A DNA stretch of 63,997 nt, the filler included, from Porpidia crustulata (taxonomy: Eukaryota), in assembly GCA_964255105.1 (NCBI GenBank). It is 3 parts of 3 records of this genome, joined end to end, with 100 filler letters (N's around TTAATTAATTAA, not from the genome) between each part and the next. Parts side by side here need not be neighbours in the genome. Positions count along the whole stretch, not along the records: positions 23,856 to 47,584 come from CAXUWE010000070.1; positions 47,685 to 63,997 come from CAXUWE010000262.1; 1 more part is not named here. One strand, written 5' to 3'. The translations under genes and the position numbers were made by a program. The notes beneath the pieces were generated by a model that was given only the letters and a program-made list of their open reading frames with translations, was not told the DNA's origin and made no database searches. Below, one piece after another: positions 39,801 to 50,481 of the stretch (positions are counted from its first letter, which is position 1; each line of letters opens with the position of its first letter).

Positions 39801-40647
39801 ATGCAGATCATTAAAGCCAAAGACCCATCCGGAGGCGAGCCGCTACTGAAAGTCATCGAGTGTAATCTTCGTGCTTCGCGATCTTTTCCATTCGTCAGCA
39901 AAGTCCTTGGCACGAACTTCATCGACATCGCCACAAAAGCTCTAGTTGGGAGAGATGTACCGGAACCGCAAGACCTCATGGCTGTGAAGCGGGACTTCCT
40001 GGCGACCAAGGTGCCACAGTTTTCGTGGACGAGGTTGGCGGGCGCAGACCCATTTTTAGGAGTCGAAATGTCCAGCACGGGCGAAATAGCATGCTTTGGT
40101 AAAGACTTGATTGAAGCATATTGGACCTCCCTCCAATCAACCATGAATTTCCGGCTTCCGTTTCCAGGAGAGGGATTGCTGTTCGGGGGTGATACATCCA
40201 AGACCGAGCTTGCAGCGATCGTGGACTTTTTGCAACCGCTCGGGTACAAATTCTTCTCGGCCAACGACGAGATCAAGAAGCATATAGAGTCCACGGCGAA
40301 GACTAGCGTTCACGTAGGTGTCATTGAGTTTCCTGTGGATGACAAGAGGGCGTTGAGGGAATGCTTTCAGAAATACAACATCCGCGGTGTCTTCAACCTT
40401 GCTGCTCAAAGGGCCAAGACGTTGTTGGATCAGGACTATGGTACGTACATTGATCTTCTGCAGTCAATCACAGCTGATTAAATTCGTAGTAATGCGTCGC
40501 AATGCCGTCGACTTTGGCGTCCCATTGTTCATGGAGCCGAAAACAGCGCTGCTGTTCGCTCAGTGCATGAATGCCAAATTGCCCAGAGAAGAGGGTATTC
40601 CTCCAGAAGTAAGGAGATGGTCGGAATTCATCGGGGGGCATCTATGA
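36894..40647 (+). CDS. CPA2: Carbamoyl-phosphate synthetase, arginine-specific, large subunit (mitochondrial; Neurospora arg-3 type)
   Basis: Presequence [17 protein letters not shown]; motifs [97 protein letters not shown] and [16 protein letters not shown]. Introns 37237-37331, 38085-38131, 38364-38419 and 40441-40489. There are no fused GATase/ATCase domains, so it is not the pyrimidine enzyme. Confidence 0.96.
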
Positions 40648-41647
40648 TAGGTTTGTGGATGCTATTTTTGTCAATATAGTAGGGATGAGTGAAGGGGTAG
40701 AGATTCCTCGTTGGTTGATTTTTCAATACCACGGGGGGGAGATAGGTGTCTATAAGGGTTTCATTATAGGGAGTGTATATAGGCCATACCTTCCTGATTC
40801 GCAACATGACTGTTTCGCACATCGTGCCTTTGCTCCAGTATCCCAAGCAAGCTCAAACTGTGACGTCCCTTGCCCAATGAACCCAACCCAGCGTTTGTGT
40901 TTGAAGGCTCCTCGCGGTGACTCCTTCCTCTTTTCCTCCACGGTACCAAAGTGATGAAGAGCAGATAATACGCAGCAGGCGCTCTTTCATGATATCAATG
41001 CCGCGGTAACGATCGCACGTCAAGACAAGCAACGCTAAACACCCCCTTTACACTACTTAGAACCGACAAATCAATAAGAACGAACCCCCACATCCAAACG
41101 CTCTGGATCCTAGTACTCCAAGCACGATCAATATACACTCACGACGCCTGTAAAAAGCACACCCGATTCGAAACACTTCTGCTATCCTATCTATCTACGC
41201 AGATAAACGATCTCATCGATACTCTGATACCATGAACCAAAAATCTAGATTGTTTGCCATACCTTCTTAGCAGAGAGGGAAAATTGCTCTGATTTTGTGG
41301 AAGGGGTAAGTAAATCCGTCCTCCATTTCAATCCCGACAATGAACCCCCTTGACACAGGAGTGTCTGACGACCGGAAATTTCCATTTCCCCTTCCTATCA
41401 TAGGATAAGGGGGTTTGAGAACCTCTTTCGTGATGTTTATGTCTTTTTCCAAAGCACATACAGAATTCTAGAGTAGAAGTTTGAGACAAGTTTTTAGAAT
41501 TTAGTTTTTTGAGGGTAGGTAGGGAAGGTGCTTTTACAATGCGCGAATCCCTTTCGTCATGCGAGAGTCTCTTTTGCAAAGAACAAGGCCATTTGCACTG
41601 GGTTTTCATGACGCTTGTTTGTGAATATCCGTCTATTATCCAACTCT

Positions 41648-43440
41648 CTAAAACAACCAAGAAACAAACCGCTTGTAAAACACCTGGCCCCCCTTCTCCC
41701 TTCCCCGCGCCTCCTTGTCCGCCAAAAACTCCTCCTCCTCCCTGTCGATCACGTCTTTGCCCGTGAACAGATCCGCGTTCCCGGCCGTGTACCCCTTGCT
41801 CTTCTTCAGCAGCTTATACCCGAGGATCATGCCCAGATACAGCGGGATGCCGAGGTAACCGGTGATGAAATTTTTGTAGTCGAAATTGACGGCGCCCTTG
41901 CGGGTCTTGTCGTGGATGAAGACGTCAAAGTTCTTGAAGATGGCGATGACGATGCAGAAGACGAGGGCGAAATAGGTGCCGTACAGGCCGAAAGGGGCCG
42001 TGTAGGCCATTTGCGACTTGGCGATGCCTTGGGCGCGGCGGGCGCGCACGAAGCAGATGTGCGCCACGAGGATGGAGATCCAGGTCAGCAGGCCAAATAT
42101 GGTGACCAGGTTGACAAAGTAGGAGAAGACGACTTTGGAGTCGTCTTTGACGTTCAGGAAGGCTATGCAGGCGATCAAGGCGGAGAGTCCGAGGGCGTAA
42201 ATGGGGACGCCACGGCGATCGGTGCGTGCAAAGATACGGGGGCTGTTACCCTCTTTGGCAAGACCGTAGAGCGTTCGTGTTGCGATGTAGAGATCGGAGT
42301 TGGCGGCGCTGAAGACGAAGACGAGGATGCACGCGTTTATGAAACCCGGTAGAGTGTGGATTCCAGATTCGACAATGGCGACAACAAAGGGGGAGGCGGA
42401 GGCGCCTGTAGTGGCTTTGTTGGCGAAGATGAGTTTCGGAGAGTTGTACGGGACCAGGGTCCCGATGAGTAAGACGGACAGAATGTAGAAGATTACGATC
42501 CGCCAAAAGGTCAATTTGATGGCGCGCGGGATCACTTTTCTCGGATTCTTCGCCTCACCTACTGTTACTCCTACTAATTCAGTTCCCAGGTAGGCAAATG
42601 TAGCGGTGACGAACGTGGACCAAAGGCCGAGGAAGTTGCCTTTGGCGCCAGCTGTTGGGACGTAAGCAGACATTCCAACATAATAAATCGAGAGACGGAA
42701 GACTCACTGCCGTAAAGAGGTTTGAACGCCCCTGGATGCTTCCAGTAGCGGAAGCCCTTTCTATCATGATCCGGACCACCACCCAACATCAAGATTAATG
42801 ACAGGAGAATTAACCCAACAATTGTCAGGACCTTGATCGAGCTTAGCCAAAACTCAAATTCCCCAAAGAATCGAATCCCAAGATAATTGATAGCTATGAT
42901 AGCGACTAAGAATACCGCAATGAAAACTCCCGGATTGACTTTCTCTCGTGGGACCCAGTATTGGATGACCAATGCAGCAGCGGTGAGTTGATTGGGCGTG
43001 ACAATAATATATTTGAACCAATATGTATAACCCAGGCTGAACCCCAGAGCTGGGTCGCAGAAGCGAGCAGCATATCCTGTAAACCCAGATTCTAAAGGCA
43101 ACCAAGTGGCCATCTCTCCCAAAGCACACATGACCATATAGACAATGAAACCGACGATTGAGTAGGAGATTAGAATTGATGCAGGACCGGCTTTGGCGAG
43201 AGCAGCGCCCGTTCCGATAATCAGACCAGTTCCAATGGCGCCTCCAATGGCAATCATGGTGACTTGTCTCGCTTTGAGACCTCTGTGAAGCCGTGTATGT
43301 GGGTCCAACATCAACTGTACATGGTCCGGAGGCGCATTCCCACCTTCACCATATCCCAGCTGTTTTTCATAATCTATCGGCGGAGAAGGAGATGTTGATT
43401 GGAAAGAGGTGTCGGCTGCTTTGCGATTGATAAGACCCAT
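41648..43440 (-). CDS. DIP5: Yeast amino-acid transporter (YAT/APC) family permease, DIP5-like dicarboxylic amino-acid permease
   Basis: Motifs LHRGLKARQVTMIAIGGAIGTGL, ALGEMATWLP, FFGEFEFWLSS, GFRYWKHPGAF, FAYLGTELVGVTVGEAKNP and SAANSDLYIATRTLYGLA; about 12 hydrophobic segments; intron 42707-42652 (GTGAGT...CAG). Substrate subtype is inferred. Confidence 0.88.
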
Positions 43441-44445
43441 AGTGAAGATGTTGTCGCAAGCGACCGATGAAGAGACGAAGAAAATACGAATCTAGACAAG
43501 AACCAATGTCGAGGAAAGAGCGAGAAGCGGTGTTTAAGCGATAGTAGAAAGCATAGTGTAATCAATACCAAACACGAGATAAATCACCAAACAGGTCAAG
43601 TACGTGGCAAGTAAGGTAGCTGGTTAGACACAGTAAGCAGCCTGGCAGTCAGCCCATACTAATATTTATTTGCAATCTTCTAGAACATGAATTCCGCAGA
43701 GAGGGGAATTCAACGGTCCGCGTGACAGTTCGTAGGCTCTGCTGTCTGAGATTCGCACAGCAGTTGTTCGTTTGAGTAACTGTCGAGGTTGATGGCGCCT
43801 TGGCCAGGACGCCTCCTCCGCTCTTGGCTGTGCAAGGACTGACGAGGGTCATCATTGGGGTTGGAGGTGATGATGGCCCAATAAGGCAGGCGCTCCGTGC
43901 AGTCGTATGCATCCTGGGTGCCTGGACACCAGCATTGTTACTCGATAATATCCCTACGGACGACTGTCTGCTTCAACCTTTAGCGATAGAGCTGCCAGTC
44001 ACGCCAGTACCACGTTTTATGTTTCGAGTATTCAAACTCCGAATAAGCCAAATGGTCACATGGAAGGCCACGTGACTAGGAGTAGACTAACGTACTCGGG
44101 CTAGTTCTTAATCTTCGGACACCGAGGCGGGAATTCCAGCCTAAACCTAGCCTGAGTATTATACTATGTATCGAACGGTTATCTACTCCAAGAGTATTTC
44201 AACGTCTTTAACCGCTGCTGTGAGGGCGGTGATACCGCAACCGGGACTTGCTAGCTACCCGTCACGCCCGTACACCCGTAGTACTAAACCAGCCGGTAAC
44301 GCTACCTTACTATTGACTCCCTTCAATACCAATTAGAATACCTACTGCTTTATCACCCCGCGACTGTAAAGGGCAGCTCGTTCAATCCTTTCGCTGCAGG
44401 CAGCATCTATTACTCATTATATTGTCATTTATCTCCGCCGTTTCC

Positions 44446-46807
44446 ATGTTAGCTCCAAGAGTTCTTGCCTTCTCCGTTCTTTCTGTCGTCGTGCTTGCCG
44501 TGTTTCTATATTCAACTATCATTCCACAGGGTCCACGTCTCTTCAGCAATCTAGCAGGCAGTACCATGAAAGGCAGTAGGCCAGCTGAGAAAGCCAGAGG
44601 TGCTGAAAGATTCACGCCAGAGTCAGCATGCCTCCCCGCATTGCGCAGCAGCAAAACCCATCTGTTTGTGACTGACATTCTGCAGGGTTTTGATTTCAGC
44701 ACCTCGAAGGTCAGCTGCAGTCCCCAATCCAGTCGATGGCAAACTCGCAATTTACACTGTTTCTACCTACTCGTTCGAATCGCACAAAAAAACCTCGGAA
44801 ATCAGGGTGCTAGACACCAGCAATGGTCAATCAACCTTGATCACGAACGAGGAGAAAACTAGTGAACCGAATTGGTTGGGAGATGCCAATAAACTCGTAT
44901 GGCTCAAAGAAGGTGAAAAGGGCGTTGTGCATTTGATAGTGGGCGATATCGATAAAGTGGACAAGACTTATGTCGCGGCAACTGTACCAGGATCAATATC
45001 AAACCTCAAGCTGAAGCCAATCGCAGATGGCAAGCTCACAGTTGCAGTGACGGGGAAGGCCAAACCAGATGGATCACTATACAACCCGGAAGATGAACCT
45101 AAAAAGTATACATCGGGCCTTGTCTACGATTCGCTCATGGTTCGCCATTGGGACAAATACGTCACTGTAAACAGAAACACAATCTGGGCGGGAATACTCT
45201 ACAAATCCGAGGGCAAATACAATTTGTCAGATCTCACCAACCCTTTGAAAGGGACAGGTCTGGAAAGTCCGATTTCCCCTTTTGGTGGACTCGATAACTT
45301 TGATGTGAGCAGTACTGGCATTGTTTTTGTAGCAAAAGATCCTACGCTAGATCCTGCGGTGAACACAAAATGCGATTTCTATTTCGTGCCACTCGGTACC
45401 TTTTCGGTATCATCACACTCCGGGAAACCGCAGAAAGTCGAAGTTGAGGGCTTCGAAGGTGCCAGCACTTCGCCAGTCTTCTCTCCTGACGGGCGAGCAG
45501 CTGCGTTTCTCAAACAGAAGCAAAATGGCTATGAGAGTGATAAGAACAGACCCTTCCTTGTGCCTGATCTGTCAAAATTGTCAGCTGTGAAAGAGGTACT
45601 GAAGTCAGATGACGGAAAAGGCTCGTGGGATAGAAGTCCTAGTACCATTAGCTTCAGTGGGGATGGCGAGACATTATATCTCCGAGCTGAAAACACCGGT
45701 AGAACTCTTCTATACTCATTAAATGTTCCAGCAACCCCAGGCGACTTTACAGATATGCCAAAACCACTGACAGAAACGGGGTCTATTTCCGATGTCCAAC
45801 CACTTTCGAGCAACTCAACTGAGTTGTTCATTTCAAGTACAAGCCTAGTAGATGATAGTATATATACAATTCTCGACCCAGCAAATCCTTCGGAAGCACG
45901 ACTGGTTTCATCGCAATCCCGAAATGGAAGTTCATTTAGCCTTTCCAAAGACCAGATATCTGAGATGTGGTTCAAGGGATCAGGCGACTACAAGGTACAT
46001 GCTTGGGTATTGAAACCCTCGGATTTCAGTTCGGACAAGAAGTATCCATTAGCGTACCTTGTCCACGGTGGTCCGCAAGGGGCGTGGAACGACGACTGGA
46101 GTACTCGCTGGAACCCTGCCATCTTTGCTGAACAAGGTTATGTCGTTGTTGCACCAAATCCAACGGGTAGTACAGGCTACGGTCAAACATTCACGGATGC
46201 TATCACTAAACAGTGGGGTGGACTGCCCTATGAAGACCTCGTCAAGGGCTTTGAGTTCATCAAAGGGAATCTCTCATTTGTAGACACCTCTCGCTCCGTT
46301 GCTCTTGGGGCCTCGTATGGTGGGTACATGATGAATTGGATTCAAGGTCAACCTCTTGGAAGAGAATTCAAGGCTCTAGTGACGCATGATGGTGTTTTCA
46401 GCATGGCAAATCAAATGGCCAGCGATGAACAATACTTTCCAAATCATGATCTTGGTGGGACTTATTGGACCTCAACGGAAGAATGGGAAAAGTGGAATCC
46501 AGCAAAGCACACCGGAAACTGGTCAACGCCACACCTCATAATTCATAATGAGCTGGATTATAGACTACCGATAGGCGAGGGATTAGCAGCTTTCAACGTA
46601 TTACAGGAAAGGAAAGTCCCGTCAAGGTTCTTGACCTTTCCTGATGAAAATCATTGGACTTTGTCTGAAGAAAACTCTTTATTGTGGCATACTGTTGTAC
46701 TGAATTGGATCAACAAGTACGCCGGATTACCTCCCTATAAAGAGGAAGAAGAACAAGGATTCGAGGTGCAGAATAAGCCATTCGAAAAGGTGCTACCCTC
46801 AAGATAG
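44446..46807 (+). CDS. DPP5: Dipeptidyl-peptidase V (S9C serine peptidase); alternative start ATG 44566
   Basis: FTPE|VLISAPRRS across intron 44622-44685 (GTCAGC...ACTGAC...CAG); VRHWDKY, HGGPQGAW and STRWNP; catalytic triad motifs GASYGG, ELDYRLP and FPDENHW. Confidence 0.93.
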
Positions 46808-47584
46808 ATACAATGTATTTAAAGCATCTGGAATTGCATGGCCGACATATGGCAGCATTATACGGTAAACAACTTGACGAATGACCTACGTTGTTCCTCT
46901 TCTGGCGTCTTCTAAATTGAAGCTGATCGGATACTTGTCTCTTACAGCAATAGCAAGCCCGAAACTCGTCGAGGGACTGCTAGCGCATACGGTCCAATAC
47001 ACTCACAGACCGTACAGAAATACAAGCCACCTTTTCCCTCCACCGATTAACTTCGCGGCCCATCAATAACCAAAGACACAATTCTTTGAACGTACAAATC
47101 GGAAAAGCTCCTATATCAGATCGCCTAAATCCTAATCGATTCTTGGATTATTCAATAAGGAGATGTCATACGGGCAGCATTCATCAAGTTTGGCATCGAT
47201 TATGGGCCTGACTCACCCTGCCCGCCCCTCTCTCACCACATGGTGAAGACTTGGAGGCAGGGCTCGAGGCTGATGGGCAAAGCCAGACACCGCGGTGGAC
47301 TGTTCAGCAATGAGCGACCGATGAGAACGGCATCGGCAGCGAGGAAGCTCAATCGGATACGAGAGCGTTTCATGAAGGACTGGATTAGTTGCTGGTATAC
47401 GTGACGGCTAGCGTGGTCTGCGTGTCGGAGGGAAAGAGGGAGGGGAAGAGTTCTGACGGAGTCGAGGGATTAATTGAGGATACTTAAAAATTGTGATTTG
47501 TAATATTCAAAAATTAAAAAAAGTTGGTAGAGATTTCATATATATCCACTCCCAGCCAACCAACACCACACCACACCATCAATT

Positions 47585-47684
47585 NNNNNNNNNNNNNNNN
47601 NNNNNNNNNNNNNNNNNNNNNNNNNNNNTTAATTAATTAANNNNNNNNNNNNNNNNNNNNNNNNNNNNNNNNNNNNNNNNNNNN
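47585..47684. other. Assembly gap / artificial scaffold linker (44 N + TTAATTAATTAA + 44 N)
   Basis: Same construct as 23756-23855; preceded by a short CACCA-type simple repeat. Confidence 0.97.
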
Positions 47685-48301
47685 CATAATATCCAACAAC
47701 TGCGAGATTCCGGACTACCCGCATCAACCGATGAATCTACTCCTCCCTACCCTCTCATCTCTATTACTGGGAAAATGGTACTCGATCAGGGAGATGCGTG
47801 GGTTGGAGATGTATTTGATGAGATTTGTTTGAATTATGTTAATATTAGGGATTAATGAGTTGTATATAAGAGTATTCTTAAAAGCGTGAGAAGAAATTGT
47901 GAGAGGTGTGGGTGATGATGGCGGGTGATATGGTAGGGAGTTAGGCATGGACAGCAAGGGGTGAGAAGAGGTGAATTGGGTTTATAAACGATGTCATTTT
48001 GTATGGATTGGGTGGTGCTTATTCGAGTAAGTGAATATGGAGGAATTGCTATTTATGATGCTGGTTTATACTCTTTCTAGGTGAGAAGTAATGTGTGTCG
48101 AAAAATTGGAGATTGGAGATTTATATAATGCGTTTTCGATAAGATTCAAGGAAAGGTCGGAGCGCTTCGTTTCAATATTTATATCTCTTTAAAACCGTTC
48201 GGTCTAGATAATAAACTTGGAATATTGATTATTGTATCCTAATTATTTACGATCCTAAGCACATGCACTATTTTCCCCTACCAAGCTTTCCCCAATACCT
48301 T

Positions 48302-49522
48302 TCAACCTAGAATACACCCATGTACATCACTCCCATCCGTCTGCCCAACAACCAAAGAGCCACAGCTTAACATCCCATCCGGTTCCCCAATATACCAATT
48401 CGCAGCAGTCACATTAAGCTGATTAACCACCTGCCCCGAGAATCTCCATCGCGGTGAGTCCACATGCCGGGCAAGCGATGCGTGAAAGTCTACTTTCCGG
48501 TATATCAACGAGATAATTGCTAGCATCTCACCCCGTCGGATCCGCCCGTCGCCTTCCGTCCTGAGACTGAAAACGGTCCTCCCGTTACCGGCTGCTGCCA
48601 GGCTTGGAAACATGTATGCGAAGCTTTCGGTGAGGATAGCTGAATAGGGTCTTTGGTCGTCGGGGTCCATGGCTACCATGTCGACGGCGGAAGCTATGAG
48701 CGTGCGGAGGAAAACGGTGGGGATGTTTCCTCGTTGCATTGCGAACCGCATTGAGAAGTTGGTGCCTTTGATGGGAGCTGTAGTGTCGGATTTCTTCCTC
48801 CTGGGCAAGCTCGATGTCGGCTTTCCTGGGATGGTAGTCGGAGGGATGGTGGCAGGATCCATATTGAGACGGCTAGGCTTTCCATCGCTGATAATGAGAT
48901 ATGCCGGAACAATTGCCACTTCAGCAATGAGTTTCTTATCAGGGTCTTTCACAATCCCGACAAAAGTTCGATTGACGTCCGGGCGTTTCGTAGAGTCGCT
49001 CAGAAAGATGGAGACGACGCTGGAGAAGTCCTGCCAATTGAAAGAATTTTTACCCAGCTTCTCGTCGAGCGAATTTATGATGACGCTTAGGTTGCTTGCC
49101 GTGGAGATGAAATTCTTTTGCAGCTCAGCTGCCGAGTGCTTTTCAGCATTGCTGATGGCTGCTTGCAAGGTCTCATGCAAATCGCTAGCAGGCGCAGGTA
49201 GAGCAAAGATGGTCACGTCCGAATTGAAAGTGCAAGCCTGACGACTGAAAGTCACGGAGTACGAATTCTCCCTTTTTGTTAACGATTGGTCAAGGGAAGA
49301 ACTATTGGACGAGGAATGAGAAAATTGAACAGTGACGAATTCGCTCTGACCAACAGCGTTCACAATAGCGACAGGCTGTGAAACCACGTCTCCCGCAGTC
49401 GCTGGCATATTACCCGAAGTAGCATCCGCTCTCACCCTTAATGCGAAGAGAATAATTAAAATGCATGACATTCGAACACATGCAGAGAAATCCATTCTCA
49501 TTCCCTCGCAGCTGTGTATCAT
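48302..49522 (-). CDS. Hypothetical secreted protein (orphan, two putative domains, dibasic processing sites)
   Basis: Intronless 406-aa ORF; hydrophobic signal-like segment MSCILIILFALRVRA; LTKR and LPRRKK dibasic sites; TATAAAAA about 80 nt upstream. The true start may be a downstream Met. No family recognised. Confidence 0.7.
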   Translation of the reverse strand: MIHSCEGMRMDFSACVRMSCILIILFALRVRADATSGNMPATAGDVVSQPVAIVNAVGQSEFVTVQFSHSSSNSSSLDQSLTKRENSYSVTFSRQACTFNSDVTIFALPAPASDLHETLQAAISNAEKHSAAELQKNFISTASNLSVIINSLDEKLGKNSFNWQDFSSVVSIFLSDSTKRPDVNRTFVGIVKDPDKKLIAEVAIVPAYLIISDGKPSRLNMDPATIPPTTIPGKPTSSLPRRKKSDTTAPIKGTNFSMRFAMQRGNIPTVFLRTLIASAVDMVAMDPDDQRPYSAILTESFAYMFPSLAAAGNGRTVFSLRTEGDGRIRRGEMLAIISLIYRKVDFHASLARHVDSPRWRFSGQVVNQLNVTAANWYIGEPDGMLSCGSLVVGQTDGSDVHGCILG

Positions 49523-49601
49523 GAAATCAAAGACACTAAACTACCACTGCGCGCAATACTCCGGCGAAAATTCCCCTAATTCGCGCATTCGGGCCTGCGG
49601 C

Positions 49602-49609
49602 TTTTTATA
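49602..49609 (-). promoter_or_regulatory. Putative TATA box of the secreted-protein gene
   Basis: TATAAAAA on the minus strand, about 80 nt upstream of ATG 49522. Confidence 0.5.
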
Positions 49610-49674
49610 CGTAAGGCATCGCGTAGATATGAGCTGCCTATGCCAATCAAGCACTCAGGCTTAGCAAAGCGATT

Positions 49675-49698
49675 AGCATTGTTCCGAGCATTGTTCCG
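49675..49698 (+). repeat. 12-bp perfect tandem duplication upstream of the secreted-protein gene
   Basis: AGCATTGTTCCG twice, at 49675-49686 and 49687-49698. Confidence 0.9.
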
Positions 49699-50481
49699 CT
49701 TGCTGGTTATTCGACATTTGGACTGCATATCCATGGGAAAAGCTCCTCCATTGGGGCGTTGGGTTTGATCCGCAGCTGAGGGAAGAGGTTGTCGGACTCA
49801 ACTGGGGACCACCGCCTCTGTTTCTCTAGCCTAGCTTCATATCGTTTAGTAGAAGGCTATCTAACCAACCGGTACCTTTGCAATTGACATTCGATAAAAT
49901 ACAACGAACATTACAGCATATAGAGATTTTAGGAAGTAGAAGGTTTAAGGTGCCAAGTCACAGCTATCCCCCATTTCGCCCCTGCTAGGGCCTCTTGGCA
50001 GTGCCATAAGGGTATGGTAGGTTCTCTCACACATGGCTGAAATGGCTACGATGAAGGATACAATAGACGGAGTGATCGATGACCTGTTCCAGGAACTTCT
50101 TCGTCATAAGAGCTTCAAATAGCCCCAAGTCTAGGTGGGAGAGTCTTTTGTCTTCCATCAAAAGCATGTGGAAAGACCTACATTCAAGAGTCGGCCTCCT
50201 TTTTCTACTTCAAAGTATGCTATTTTCGATGGCGGGTTGAGATATGAAGTGCAGAACTCTGAGTTGCCACGAATGAAGGTTTGAAATATGAGATTTTCTG
50301 ATGTTTGTCAATAGCATACAAGAGCCGCAATGGCACGAAACTTGAGGCTTAACTATGTACATAAAGCAAATGCTGAGCAGTCCCGAGAACGAACCCGTCT
50401 ACCAGTTCTAAAAGTGCTGTAAGCTGCCATCACTTCAGAACGCCTCCGCAGAAATAACACCCATCGACCAGAAATCCGGTC

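Noticed and set aside
41615..42352. 245-aa plus-strand ORF antisense to the permease
   Set aside because: Shadow ORF caused by high GC3 codon usage in the real minus-strand gene; starts at a non-ATG codon and has no recognisable motifs.
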